Origin: Octopus bimaculoides
Taxonomy: Eukaryota
Reading direction: 5' to 3'
NCBI RefSeq assembly: GCF_001194135.2
Contig: NC_068986.1
Location: 4,571,892-4,630,894 of the forward strand
Length of the DNA: 59,003 bases
Made by a program: the position numbers and the translations under genes. Below are positions 27,420 to 40,546 of the stretch, one piece after another. The notes beneath the pieces were generated by a model, which had not been told where the DNA came from, searched no databases, and saw nothing but the letters and a program-made list of their open reading frames with translations. How positions within the stretch are numbered: position 1 is the stretch's first letter; the number at the start of each line of letters is the position of its first letter.

Positions 27420-27830
27420 GATGCATCCTATGCAGCCTCAAAACATTAGGTTATGTGGAGAATTCTAGTTGGCCTCAGGTCAACTAAGACCCTTGTGAGT
27501 GGATTTGGTTGATGGAAACTGAAAGAAACCCATCATATATATATATATATATATATATANNNNNNNNNNNNNNNNNNNNNNNNNNNNNNNNNNNNNNNNN
27601 NNNNNNNNNNNNNNGTGTTTGTCCCTCACTACCACTTGACAATCAGTGTTCATGTGTTTATGTCACTGTAACTTAGCAGTTCAGCAACAAAGACTGATAA
27701 AATAAGTACCAGGCTTAAAGAAACAAAACAAATAGCAAGTACTGGGATCAATTCGTTTGACTAAAAATTCTCCAAGGTGATGTCCCACCATGGTTGCAGA
27801 CTAATGACTGAAACAAGTAAAAGATAAAAG
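27420..27830 (+). mobile_element. Family-A SINE spanning an N gap
   Basis: gtgagtggatttgg..gaaactgaaagaa, (TA)n, gap 27560-27613, 3' gactgaaacaagtaaaag. Confidence 0.8.
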
Positions 27831-27865
<35 letters not shown>

Positions 27866-28379
27866 GTATATATATCTATTCATTTTCATGCATACAGCCA
27901 TGTGTGTATATTTGGTGACTAGTTCTTTTTTAACTCTAAGTGAATCTATTCGCAACTAATTAATACATACATATATACATATGGTGTATGTGTGTGAGCG
28001 TGTGTTTATGTGTGGTAAAGGTGTTTTATATACATTGTAAATTTAAGCTTCTCTTATAATGTTCATCATGGCTTGTATCAAACTTGTCATTTTTATATAT
28101 ATATATGTAGTTTTTGCTTGGTGTTCTTTTGTGCATATTAAATTTTAATGCAAATATTTAATTTAGCCTGTAAATAATTTATTAATTAATACATGTGATT
28201 ATTTGAGTCACTAATTATTAGTAAATCAATAGTGTTCCTGTCATTTCTTCAATGATTTAATGACATTGATGAGGCTATTTTTGTTCATAAGTATTCATAG
28301 GAAAACTTCATTACTGACAATAATCTTTCACACTCAGACTAACTATGAAAACTTACTGCTAATTAATTTATGCAAGCTT

Positions 28380-29090
28380 AGCTGTGTGGTAAGAAGTTTG
28401 CTTCCAAACCACATGGTTCCAGGTTCAGTTACATTGCATGACACCTTGAGCAAATGTTTCCTATGATCACCCCAGGCCAACCAAAGCCTCATGGGTGGAT
28501 TTCAGTGCTAGGCTTAAAAATAAGTACTGGGGTGGTATGTTTTACAAGACCTTTCAAGGTGGTACCCCAGTATGGCCACAGTCCAATAACTGAAATGAGT
28601 AAAAAATAAAAGATATCCTTTTCTTTTACTTGTCTCAGTGATTGGACTGTGACCATGCTGGAGCACCACTTTAACTGTTTTAGTCAATCAAATTGATTCC
28701 AGTTCTTATTCTTTTTGTCTGTTGAGGCACAGATGTGGTTGCATGATAAGAAGTTTGCTTCCCAATCACATGGTTCTGGGTGCAGTCCCACTGTGTGGCA
28801 CCTCGGGCAAGTGTCTTCTACTATAACCTCAGGCTAACCAAAGCCTTGTGTGTGGATTTGGTAGATGGAAACTGAAAGGAGCTGTCATGTGTGCATGTGT
28901 CTTTGTGTCTGTGTTTGTCCCCCAATACTGCTCAACAACCGGTGTTGGTATATTTACATCCTCGTAAATTAGCAGTTCAGCAAAAGAGACCGACAGAATA
29001 AGTGCTGGGGTTGATTCGTTTGACCAAAACTTCTTCAAGGCAGTACCTCTGCATGGCCACAATCTTAATGACTGAAACAAGTAAAAAAGA
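28380..29090. mobile_element. Cluster of three family-A SINE copies (+, -, +)
   Basis: 28380-28612 (+), 28618-28705 (- tail), 28725-29090 (+). Confidence 0.85.
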
Positions 29091-29171
29091 TAAAAAACAA
29101 AGAAAAAAAAGATAAAACCATCACCAATTGTCAAGTGGCAAGAAACAAACACTACAGCACACATACACATG

Positions 29172-29232
<61 letters not shown>

Positions 29233-29752
29233 AACATGTAAATACTAGGAACTCCTGCACTGTCTATCAAATTACTAGGCCTGGAGTTATATCAGAAAAT
29301 AATTGCCCAAGGTTCCACATTGTGAGACTGAATGCTAATACAAGTAGTCATGAGCCAAACTTCTTAACCACACAGCCATGTTTGCGTTTATAAGTACAAT
29401 ATTATTCTCCTGAAATATATTACCAAGACAAAATTAAAATGGATTCATACTTGAGGAAAATATACCAAAAAATTAAAAAGAACTAAAGAACAGAAAAAAA
29501 ACAATGCACTGTCAGATTCTGGAAATTCTGTAATTAGATTGAATATTTCAGGAGATTAAAATGTTTTTTTTTTATTATTCTTCCCACACCCCACCTCTCA
29601 CTGAAAACTGTCCAGACTTCTCTCATGGTGCAATAAACAAACACACACGTGCACACATATACACACACATATAACCAGCTGACTGATAAACAGAGCTTCA
29701 CTGAAGAACATTCAACAGTAAAAGAAAAAAAGAACATTCTCTATAGTGTAAG

Positions 29753-30140
29753 AATGGCTGTGTGGTAAGAAGCTTGCTTCCCAACCACTTGGTTCTGGGT
29801 TCAGTCCCACTGCATGGCACCTTGGGCAAGTGTCACCTACTGTAGCTTCAGGCCTACCAAAGCCTTGGGATTGGATTTGGCAGACAGAAACTGAAAGAAG
29901 ACCACTGTGTATATGTGTGTGTCTGTGTTTGTCTCCATCACTGCTTGACAACATCTGGTGTTGGTTTGTTTACATCCCCATAACTTAGCAGTTCAGTAAT
30001 AAGAGACAGATAGAATAAGTACCCGGTTTAAATAAAAAGCAAACATTCACTGGGGTCAGTTTCTTCAACTAAAAGGTCTTCAATGTGGTGATCCAGCATG
30101 GGCACAGTCTAATGACGGAAACATATAAGACAATAAAAAA
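29753..30140 (+). mobile_element. tRNA-derived CORE-like SINE (family A), near complete
   Basis: A-box tggctgtgtgg, B-box ggttcagtccc, core ggcaccttgggcaagtgtc, internal (TG)n, 3' gtgatccagcatggg..gtctaatgacggaaac. Confidence 0.9.
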
Positions 30141-30149
30141 TGATTGTAT

Positions 30150-30350
30150 CTCTTCCTCTGATAATCTACTTTTCGGAACACAGGTGTCTATCTCGTAGTA
30201 TTTGACAAGTCTGTGCAAAGCAAGGGGTATAAACTGCTAATAGAGTTCATTCTTGAGCTTCAACTCCTGAAGGAGTTGTATAGGTGCTATCATGACATAC
30301 AGCATAGTTTGAGTATTTTCAACCCTTTGGAGTCCATCTCACTTCAGGTT
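30150..30350 (-). mobile_element. RTE AP-endonuclease N-terminal fragment
   Basis: Minus strand reads EVRWTPKG*KYSNYAVCHDST, matching the QE.RW.G.G...Y..YYSCHD pattern. Confidence 0.55.
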
Positions 30351-30389
30351 TGAACACAGCTGGTTTCTTCTAAGGAGGAAACAAGTGGT

Positions 30390-31340
30390 AGGGAAGAAGA
30401 ATCGAGTCCAGTACTGGACTGATCCTGATACTTTATTTATGGACTTTGAAAGGATGATCTTCAGAGGACGAACTCCCATCTAACAAGTGTTTCGGCCCTT
30501 ATACCTGATACTCTGCGGGAGCTGGCACCACCCAGGTCATGACTCTTAGATATCCTCCTGCTGCTTTTCAAAATCCTGTTTCCATTGAGATTTTAATCTG
30601 GATCATTTTTTTTTTCCCAAGTCTGTTTCAGCCCACCAGGCCACTCTGATTGACAAAGGAACCTGTTCTCTTCTTCCTTCTATTCCTGTAAATAACCAAT
30701 GGAATCCATAACTATGTCCGTTGGTCATTCCTCTTCACCCATATCCACATTGAGCACTTTTCAGCAACATCAAACAAGTCTTTAATTATGGCAGTTCTTC
30801 TGCAGACTTTGATACTCAATTGCCTGAGTAGCCAACTGGTTGATGCAGCCATGAATCCTTGCAATCTGACTTCAACTGGTTTCACAGTACAGTGGTAACC
30901 CTCAGTCCCTAGCTACTTTGCCATCTCACCATATTTGCTTGTCTTAAAGATGTGCTGCTCTTCTATGCAGCACAAATGAGAATCACTCTGGCACCCTGTT
31001 CAGAGCATAAGATGATGTCTGGTTGCAAACCATTCTTGGTGATGAACTCTGGGTAGTTCTTGCACCTATCACTGATGTCTGCAGCTATTTCCCAGGAAAT
31101 TACTGAATCTTCCTTACTACCTTGTAACTAGATGTCTGGTGCTGTAATTCTTGAATACTTGTCATTGTAGTTTAACCCTAGGTCAACTATACTGTGCCTG
31201 GGCTGTTTCCTGAACCAGGTATCTAGACCCAAGCACACTTAGCACATTTCCACTCATGGATTTGCTATAAAGTAGCATCTATGGTACTGCAGGATGCTAG
31301 ATATTGGTTAAGCATATCTTCTTTAGGGTCCCTTTCTCCA
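30390..31340 (-). mobile_element. Hero-type (REL endonuclease) LINE 3' fragment
   Basis: LQPDIILCSEQGARVILI, frameshift, then SKYGEMAK*LGTEGYHCTVKPVEVRLQGFMAAST...AEKCSMWIWVKRND (stop at 30712-30714). Upstream KCAKC is a possible zinc-knuckle remnant. Confidence 0.8.
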
Positions 31341-32513
31341 AATTTTCTGTAGAGGAGTTACTCTTTTGACCTTTTTTAAATAATCAAATTTTCCCACAAG
31401 GCTGAAGGGAGTTAATTACTTAATTAGTGATATGCTAATCAGTATTTTAAGGACTATCATTATACAATCAATAGAGTAAACCTACATCAGGCTTATCTTA
31501 CAATTCTTGGAGTTTTAGCCAACACAGCATAAGTAATAAGAGATACGCTGACCAAGTATAAACAAACACCTATATAATCACCTTGTGGGCAGAAAAAATG
31601 GGTTTGGTTCAACTAGTTTCAATCCCTTTTAGGGCACTCGTTAGGAATTGTACACTCTTATATTTAGGGAGTTAGTTCTCAAATACTTTATATTGACGAT
31701 ACAGAGAAGGATTTAGGCTATCAACATCTTTTCTGTTTTACAAAAACATGCTTTAGTTGTCTGATGTCCTCTATACTCAGATAATTCTTAGTTCAATTCT
31801 ATTCCACCTTCATGTACTCTCGCATTGCATCTAAGTGTGAAAAGAGTCTAAACTAATTGCTATTAGTTATTACTAATAATAATTCATCTAAAAAGTTCAT
31901 ACAGAAATTAGATGGTATATACTCTTTGGTGATTGTATTTCAAATATATGAAAATCCTGTTGATATGAAAGTCTGATGGGGACTAATGGATAGGAAGAAT
32001 TTTGTTAATGGACATGCAAAAACTAATACCAAGTAAATTTTGATTTCTTTTTCTTCTTTATTCTCTTCTTCTCTCTTTCCCTCCCTCCCTCTCTCTCTCA
32101 CTTAAGGATAGAAACATATACATAAATAGCTGTGTAGACAATTGTATAAACATATATTGATTTTTGTTATTAGGCTTCATACATTTTAGATGTGTTTGCT
32201 AGAATACTACAAAGACTTCTAAGTATTTTTTAAAAAATATGTGTGTGTGTGTAAAGATAGGTTTCCCAGTGGTTAGGCAGTCAGATTCAGATCATAAGGT
32301 TGTGGGTTCAATTTCAGTGTCGGGCAATGTATTGTGCCCTTGAGCAAGACATTTTTATGTCACGTTACTCCGGTCAGCCCAGCTGATCCAAGTGGGCATG
32401 TCCGTATCTATCCAAGACAATATATATGCACCTAAAACAATTATCAAAAGTATGGTACTTGCAACTAAGTTATTCTCTCTTGCAAGTGACTGTTGTAGCT
32501 TGTTAGTATATAC

Positions 32514-32546
<33 letters not shown>

Positions 32547-32584
32547 TGTGTGTGTGTTTATATATGTGTGTGTGTGTGTGTGTG

Positions 32585-32912
32585 TATGTGCCAGTGGCAC
32601 GTGCAAAGACATTCGAGCAAGATCGTTGCCAGTGACGCTGGACTGGCTCCTGTGTAGGTGGCACATAAAATAAACCATTTTGAGCATGGCTGTTGCCAGT
32701 ACCGCCTGACTGGCCTTCATGCCGGTGGCACGTAAAAGCACCCACAACACTCTCGGAGTGGTTGGCATTAGGAAGGGCATCCAACTGTAGAAACTCTGCC
32801 AAATCAGATTGGAACCTGGTGTAGCCATCTGGTTCCCCAGTCCTCAGTCAAATCGTCCAACCCATGCTAGCATGGAAAGCGGACGTTAAACGATGACGAT
32901 GATGATGATGAT
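32585..32912 (+). mobile_element. SINE-like element with RTE-type 3' end and (GAT)n tail (family C), young
   Basis: ggttggcattaggaagggcatccaactgtag ... cccatgctagcatggaaagcggacgttaaacgatgacgatgatg. Confidence 0.85.
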
Positions 32913-34124
32913 ATATATGTATATAGGTGTGCTAAGAAGCTTGCTTCCCAACCATATCATTTCAGGTTCAGTCCAACTGTGTGGCACCTTGGTAAGTGTC
33001 TTCTACTATGGCTCCAGGCCAACTAAAGACTTGCAAGTGGATTTTGTAGACTGAAACTGCATGTGTGCATGTAGAAAGAAACAATAAGCAGAAAACATGT
33101 ATTCAAAGCCTTATAATTCCACACTTCCATCAAAACCAAAATGTAAGTGGGAGAGAGAAAAAGGAAAACAGAAGAGCTAATAAAATCACAGGAGGTCACA
33201 AGCTCCTTGCCTTGATCTGTGTGATTGTTGTAAGCAAGTGTTACCATCTTATAAATGGTGTCCTTCATTTCCAGTCTACTATGAAAACTTGTCCAGTCAT
33301 GGTGAAATATTACCTTACTTGGAGACAGGTGAGAGTTGACAACTGGAGTGCTATTTGGCTATAAAAATATCCACCTCAACAAATCCCATCCAATACATGC
33401 CAGCATGGGAAAGTGGACATTAAAATGATAGTGATGTTTTATAAACAAAGAGGTATTCCAGAATTGTCTTAGCAATTCATGTGCCTAGAGCATGTCATAA
33501 AGTATTTAGCATGGTTTGAATTCAAACTTTTATCTATTATCAATTGCTATTTTGACTATAGAACATTTCTGACGAACTTTCATTCACAATAATGAAAACT
33601 GGGTCTCACACAAGGTTTCTTAGCCATGATACAGAAATTGTTATCTGGTTTTATCAAAACATTGAAACAAATATTTCATTTTCTATACATTTGATTTTTT
33701 TATTATATATGTTTTGTTTTTTTTCTTTTTTTCTGTAAGTCATGAAGTCTATTTTCATAAAAGCTGCTGATACTGTAAAGTCAAGAAATATTGATTTACA
33801 TCTCCAGCAATGTAAACAAATTTTTCCTTAGTTTAGACTTTGTTTTGTGAAAATTTTTACAAAGACTGTTTGAGATATACCTATACTTTCGTTGAAGTGT
33901 CCAACTCTACAACACATGCTGTTTCACTCATTGCTTGAAGATATAATGCTTTAGAATACCCATGTTACTCATTATGCTAATAAAATTCAAGAAATTTTTT
34001 AAAAAGTCAATTCAGCTTTTTTTTTTCTTCTTTTTTTTTTTTGGTGAGGAAGGGTTCCAGTTTTATGATAAGCATTTTCACTTTATTGATGAGCTGCTTA
34101 ATTGGCAGCCTTGTAGTTAATAGC

Positions 34125-34340
34125 ACATTTTCTAAGATGAGAAAAGAATAACCAGTTTCATGGTTTCCTGGCGTATATATTCTGCACCTAGATGGACACT
34201 GGTCCGTCACAGGATTACTCATTTTTGTAAGCTGAATGTGAAATGAAGTGCTTTGCTCAAGAACACAATACGTCACCTGGTTCAGTAATGAACACCACAA
34301 TCTCACAATCATGAGTCCAGTACTCTAACCACTAAGCCAC
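34125..34340 (-). mobile_element. Fourth tRNA-derived SINE family (D)
   Basis: gtgctttgctcaagaacacaa and tactctaaccactaagcc (reverse complement head ggcttagtggttagagta). Related copies at about 14700-14905 (-) and 32265-32400 (+). Confidence 0.7.
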
Positions 34341-35521
34341 ACACCTCTGATCTGAGACAGTGGCACTGGAACAAAAACGATAGGTACTACTTATATTCCT
34401 GATACAATTGTCCTGCAACATACACAAACATGGGAGAATAGCTTACATATTTGAAACAAGAGTATTGCAAAACATACATTCTACTTCACATCTATAATCT
34501 ATTGCTTCATTCACCCACCACCTAGCAATTGGCCCTCTACAACACCATTTTTTTCCACTTTTCTATTGCTACTTCTCCTCACACTAGCAAACTACATACC
34601 CCATCTATATATGCCCACCATCCATCACTACACTCCTCTCCAAATTCTGTATTGAATACTTTTCCCTATTATTCTTTCCAATTTTCTTCTCACCCACATT
34701 TTTCCTGTGAGCATTCCCCACGGACATTTAATCTAACCATCTACCATATCAATTTTGCCATGACATATAAAGGTCATGGACGCTTCACATCCTCCTCTTA
34801 ATAGAAAAATATCTTTTTGTCATCTTTATACTTTTTAAACTTTTTTTTTTACATCTTAACTGAATTTTTTTTCTTTTAAACAATCTCCTCAATAAATGCA
34901 TCATAACTAACTTTAATCTTCTTGTCTACAATTTACTTTGTTATGGGATTACCAATTATTACAGTTACATTATTGCTCATTTTATGGACCAAGACACTTT
35001 TCAGATATAAATGACGGCAATTTATTTTCTATATTATTTTTTTCCTAATTATTTCATTTCAAGGAAAATATTCGGATCAATTTTTTTTGTTTTTTTTGCA
35101 ACAAATTGTTTTCTCATCTTTACAGCAAACATTAAACAAACAAGTGTACTGCACCATAATCAAACTTGAAGTTTTACCATGCCATTATAGTTTACATTCA
35201 TTTGCTTTTCAGCCTTTCTCTTTTCCTCTCATTTTATCCTCCGTCCTATAACTCACCCTTCATCAAGATTTATTTCATGCTGTTTTGGCATAATTTTGCT
35301 CTAGTTGTTCTGGTTTCCACTAAAATGTAGTTTACAACATCTGTTCATTCACTTCTCATCATGATTTCTTTCCATATGATTTCATCATATTAATTGTTTC
35401 TGTTAGAAGCAATTCTTCAACTTTACCAATCCTATGTTACATAGATTAGCCAACACAAATACATTTTACCTTTTCTTACTGCTACTATAATTTCATTTTT
35501 TTTTTTTTTTTTTTTTTTTTT

Positions 35522-36277
35522 NNNNNNNNNNNNNNNNNNNNNNNNNNNNNNNNNNNNNNNNNNNNNNNNNNNNNNNNNNNNNNNNNNNNNNNNNNNNNNN
35601 NNNNNNNNNNNNNNNNNNNNNNNNNNNNNNNNNNNNNNNNNNNNNNNNNNNNNNNNNNNNNNNNNNNNNNNNNNNNNNNNNNNNNNNNNNNNNNNNNNNN
35701 NNNNNNNNNNNNNNNNNNNNNNNNNNNNNNNNNNNNNNNNNNNNNNNNNNNNNNNNNNNNNNNNNNNNNNNNNNNNNNNNNNNNNNNNNNNNNNNNNNNN
35801 NNNNNNNNNNNNNNNNNNNNNNNNNNNNNNNNNNNNNNNNNNNNNNNNNNNNNNNNNNNNNNNNNNNNNNNNNNNNNNNNNNNNNNNNNNNNNNNNNNNN
35901 NNNNNNNNNNNNNNNNNNNNNNNNNNNNNNNNNNNNNNNNNNNNNNNNNNNNNNNNNNNNNNNNNNNNNNNNNNNNNNNNNNNNNNNNNNNNNNNNNNNN
36001 NNNNNNNNNNNNNNNNNNNNNNNNNNNNNNNNNNNNNNNNNNNNNNNNNNNNNNNNNNNNNNNNNNNNNNNNNNNNNNNNNNNNNNNNNNNNNNNNNNNN
36101 NNNNNNNNNNNNNNNNNNNNNNNNNNNNNNNNNNNNNNNNNNNNNNNNNNNNNNNNNNNNNNNNNNNNNNNNNNNNNNNNNNNNNNNNNNNNNNNNNNNN
36201 NNNNNNNNNNNNNNNNNNNNNNNNNNNNNNNNNNNNNNNNNNNNNNNNNNNNNNNNNNNNNNNNNNNNNNNNNNNNN
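35522..36277. other. Assembly gap (756 N). Smaller gaps at 5479-5488, 27560-27613, 45753-45762, 48372-48448
   Basis: N runs. Confidence 0.99.
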
Positions 36278-36316
<39 letters not shown>

Positions 36317-36317
36317 T

Positions 36318-36616
36318 CTACTTCTGTTTTACTTGTTTCACTCATTAGACTTATTTTTCTAAAGCCTGGTACTTATTCTATTGGTTTCTTTTGCCAAACT
36401 GCTAATCACAGTGACATAAACACACCAACACCAGTTGTCAAGTTTGTGAGCTGGGGGACAAATAAATACACACATACACATGACAGGCTTCTTTCAGTTT
36501 CCATCTACCAAATCCACTCACAAAGCTTTAGTAAAAGACGCCCAAAGTTCCACAAACTGGGACTGAGCTGAGAACCATGTGGTTGGGAAAGAAGCTTCTT
36601 ACCACACTACCCATGC

Positions 36617-36620
<4 letters not shown>
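36318..36620 (-). mobile_element. Family-A SINE
   Basis: ttacttgtttcactc ... gaagcttcttaccacac. Confidence 0.85.
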
Positions 36621-36675
<55 letters not shown>

Positions 36676-37765
36676 TATACAAAGCACTGATCATCTTGAG
36701 ACTATAGATGAAGACACTTGCCTAAGGTGTCATGCTGTGAAAGAAGGAATCCCAAAACAATGTGAGTAGGAAGTGAACATCTTAACAACATGGTTATGCC
36801 TTCCATGATTACATACCATTTCAATTTCTTTTATACAACTACAAATGATGAATTTTTTCAGATTAATTTGATAAAGTGAGCAATATTTTGTAGCTTTGGC
36901 ATTCTTAATTTGCATCTAATGAGTTTCGCTTCTGAATAATTCTGTTTTTTTTTTTTTACTATATAGTAACATTTAGTAACACATATAACAAGAATATGTA
37001 TCATCATCATCATCATCGTTAAATTATGATGATATTCCTGTTAACAAAAAATTCATATTATGTGTAACAAAATATTCATATTATATTCTTGGAACTCTTT
37101 AATCTGATACCCATGGGACCGGACAAATTCTGAATTACATAAAATATTGTATTGCAAAATAAATATAACCTTTGACTTCCTACAAATGTCCAAAAGCTTT
37201 AAATACTGGTATCCGTGTAATTAAATATAGATTAAAACATAAAACAAGAAATAATACCATCATGAACATTACAAAAGTATATTTCTATTGCTTCATGCTT
37301 CAATAAACTTGCTAAACAATAGATGAAAAATCATTGAAGCTACTGAGATCTGAAGCTACCAAGATCTGAAGCTTCAAACTAAAAACATTTTAAAACTTCG
37401 TGAAAACATAAGCCTGAAATGAAAGTAAAAAACTATACTTTAAAAGTGGAACTTTCTAGACTATGGAGAATCAGATTAAAGAGATTCTACTGCAGTATTG
37501 CTTTATAATCATGTAGTATTACTATCTTAATCATTGATTTACAATCAACTCTGAATTACTATGCATATACATTACTAAATAATCAATTTTTTTTTGTTAT
37601 TTTTTTATTTTCATAGTAGTGTTTCCTAAAACTGTATAAACCATTTCCCTGTTCCAATGATCATTTCAAAGCCCTTGAATAACTACTAGTCATATTTTTC
37701 CACTATTAATACATGTTAAAAACAAGATGAATTTGTAGATGAAGAAAAAGATCCAGGTTAGTGGA

Positions 37766-37812
<47 letters not shown>

Positions 37813-38025
37813 GGTGCAGCAAGCTGGGAGAATTGTTAGCGCACTGGACGAATTGCTTAGTGGTATTTCATCTGTCGCTATGTTCTAAGTTCAAATTCCA
37901 CCAAGGTCAACTTTGCCTTTCATCCTTTCGGGGTCAATAAAATAAGTACCAGTTGAACACTGGAGTTGATGTAATCAACTCATTCCTTCCCCTAAAATTA
38001 CTGCCCTTGTGGGAAAATTTGAAAC

Positions 38026-38063
<38 letters not shown>

Positions 38064-38530
38064 GGTAGTGAAGGTAGCAAGCTGACAAAATAGCTTAGTG
38101 GCATCTTGTCAGTCTTTGCATTCTGAGTTCAAATTCCACCAAGGCTAACATTACTTGTCAGCCTTTTGGGATCGATAAAATAAGTGCTAGTTGAGCACTG
38201 GGGTCAATGTAGTCAACTTACCCCTTCCCCCAGACTTGCTGGCCTTGTACTAGAATTTGAAAGCATTATTAGATAGTGAGATTTTTTTTTATTGCCCACA
38301 AGGGGCCAACCAGCTCACTATTATTAGATGGTGAGCTGGTTGAATTGGATAAAATGCTTAGCAGCATTTCTGACTTGTTACCTTTTGAGTTCAAATCCCG
38401 CTGAGCTCACTTTGCCATTCATCTTTACAGGGGCAATAAAATAAAGTACCAATGAAGTACTGGAGTCAATGTAATCAACTTTCTCTTCTAAACTTTCTGG
38501 CCTTGTGCCTAAATTACAAAAAAAAATCAT
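37813..38530 (+). mobile_element. Array of 3 family-B SINEs separated by (ATT)n
   Basis: Same unit as 54028-56356, starting near 37813, 38063 and 38325. Confidence 0.85.
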
Positions 38531-38914
38531 TATTATTGACTCAATCTGGAGAGGGGCCCATATCCATAGCTTTTGCTGGCCTTCTGAGATTAGTTTGGCT
38601 AATGTTCTTCTTAAAAAGCTGAATGTCAATTGCTGCAGGGGTAAGACAGAATTCCAGAGGGATGACATACTAAAGAAGGAATTGATGTAGTTATTAGTGC
38701 AGAGCCTGAGCAGTGGGGACACAATATGGATGACACGGACAGGAGAGTTAAGTGAGTTTAATATACCTTAGTACAGGTGGCTAGGGGCTATTCAGCCCCT
38801 ACAGTAGTGGTGGTAGAAAAGACAGAAAGAGGACACAGCATGCCTGTAAGCCAGAGGCTGAAGTGTCTAGGTGTGCTTGTTTATGCCAGTCACTGTCCAA
38901 TATTAGTACATTCT

Positions 38915-39345
38915 AAGGTTGTGAGTTGGCAGAATCATTAGCACACCGAACAAAATATTTAATGGCATCTCATCTGTCTTTACATTCTGAGTTCAAATTC
39001 CACCTGCATTGACTTTGCCTCTCATCCTTTCGGGGTCAATAAAGTATCAGTTGAAGACTGGGGTTAATGCAATTGGTTTATCCCTTCCCCTAAGATTGCT
39101 GGCTTTGTGCCAACATTTGAAATCAATATTAGTGTACTCTTGAGCTGGCAGAATCATAAGCATGCCAGACAAAATGCATAGCAGTAAATCTTTAAATTCT
39201 GAATTCAAATGCTGCCAATATCAACTTTGGCTTTCGTCCTTTCAGTGTCAATGAAATAAGTGCTAGTTGAGCAGTGGGGTCAATGAAATCAACTAGACTC
39301 GTCCCCTAAAATTTCAGACTTTATTCCTATAGAATGAAGGATTAT
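38915..39345 (+). mobile_element. Two tandem family-B SINEs
   Basis: Same unit twice (gagttggcagaatc..., gagctggcagaatc...). Confidence 0.8.
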
Positions 39346-40436
39346 GTTTATTACTGTTTCGTTGCTTTGTCGTCTACCCAAGAGCTAGAGTGCCATCACA
39401 ACTAACTAACCATAAGTCATGTGTCTAGAAAATATCTGGAGAATCTTTTTATGGTTTCTATCCCCTTAGAATCATAAATAAGGTATTCATCTGTATTTGT
39501 AACCAAAAACAAATTTCATGCAAGACAATCAAGAGTATGATGTGCAGGTATGGCTCTTTGAAAATTTTTGGAATTAAGTTACTTATTAAAAAGAGCCAAG
39601 TTCAACCGTTTCATTAAAGATGTAACTTTAAATTAAATGAAATTTATTTCTTGCATAGGTACAAAGGTAGAAATTTGGGGTGAGGGAACAGTGGATAATA
39701 TCAATCTCTGGTCTTGACTGACTTTATTTTATTGATGCTAAAATGAGGAAAGGCAAAGTTGGCCATGGCATGATTATTTTCTGTTGTTTGTTATCCTACC
39801 ATGTTGCACTGTATTCTTCACATTCATTATGTCAATATTGCCAGACATGATGAAGGAGTAGTACACCCAATGAAAAAGTTTGGGAACACCTGTTCTTAAC
39901 AAGCACTTTCTCAACTAAACAAGGTAACATTGTTTGGTTTGAGTTAATTACTATATCTTTATTAAACAAACAATCGTTATTAATTACAGGAACAGTTAAA
40001 TTTTTCTTTTTGTTGGGAACCATTGATTGGCTTAAAGTTAAGAGTAGATGCTATTGGTTGATTTGGCTACATTATGACAATAATTAGTTAGATATATTGA
40101 TAAGTTGAAAGTCTATCACTGGTAATTTTTTAATGTCTATTGTGACTAATTAGTTTAGGCTCTCATTGCAGATAATTGTTTTATATCTATTACACCTAAT
40201 TATTTAGTACCTAAATAGTTTATGGCTTTTTCTCTAGCTAATTATATCTGCAATTAATCATTATATGCATGAGGTGAATGGTTTTTATATACAGCTAATT
40301 ATTTTCGTAACCCTAATGACATTAATTTGTTTATTGTCTTAATATATATAATTTTGCTTCATTTAGCCAGTTTAATAATAGAATGGCTACACTGCTGAAT
40401 AAATGCTTGCATTTTATTGCTTGCTATATCTTTTAG

Positions 40437-40546
40437 TGCTAATTGATGCAATATGCAAAAAGATCTGCTCACAACGATACTTTTCTATAATAACAGATTG
40501 TCAAATGATATTATCAAAGACTGCATTTTCATTCGCTGATGTTCAT
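40437..40546 (+). CDS. Candidate internal coding exon (110 nt)
   Basis: ttgcttgctatatcttttAG acceptor and CAT|GTAAGA donor. Single open frame LIDAICKKICSQRYFSIITDCQMILSKTAFSFADVH. Confidence 0.25.

Noticed and set aside
29753-29815. tRNA-like sequences (many copies)
   Set aside because: SINE heads with A/B boxes but no complete cloverleaf; they continue into SINE bodies.
30184-30347. 164-nt open exon-like segment (GVYLVVFDK...ESISLQ)
   Set aside because: Antisense to an RTE endonuclease remnant and the donor (GTTTGA) is weak. Exonisation cannot be excluded without RNA data.
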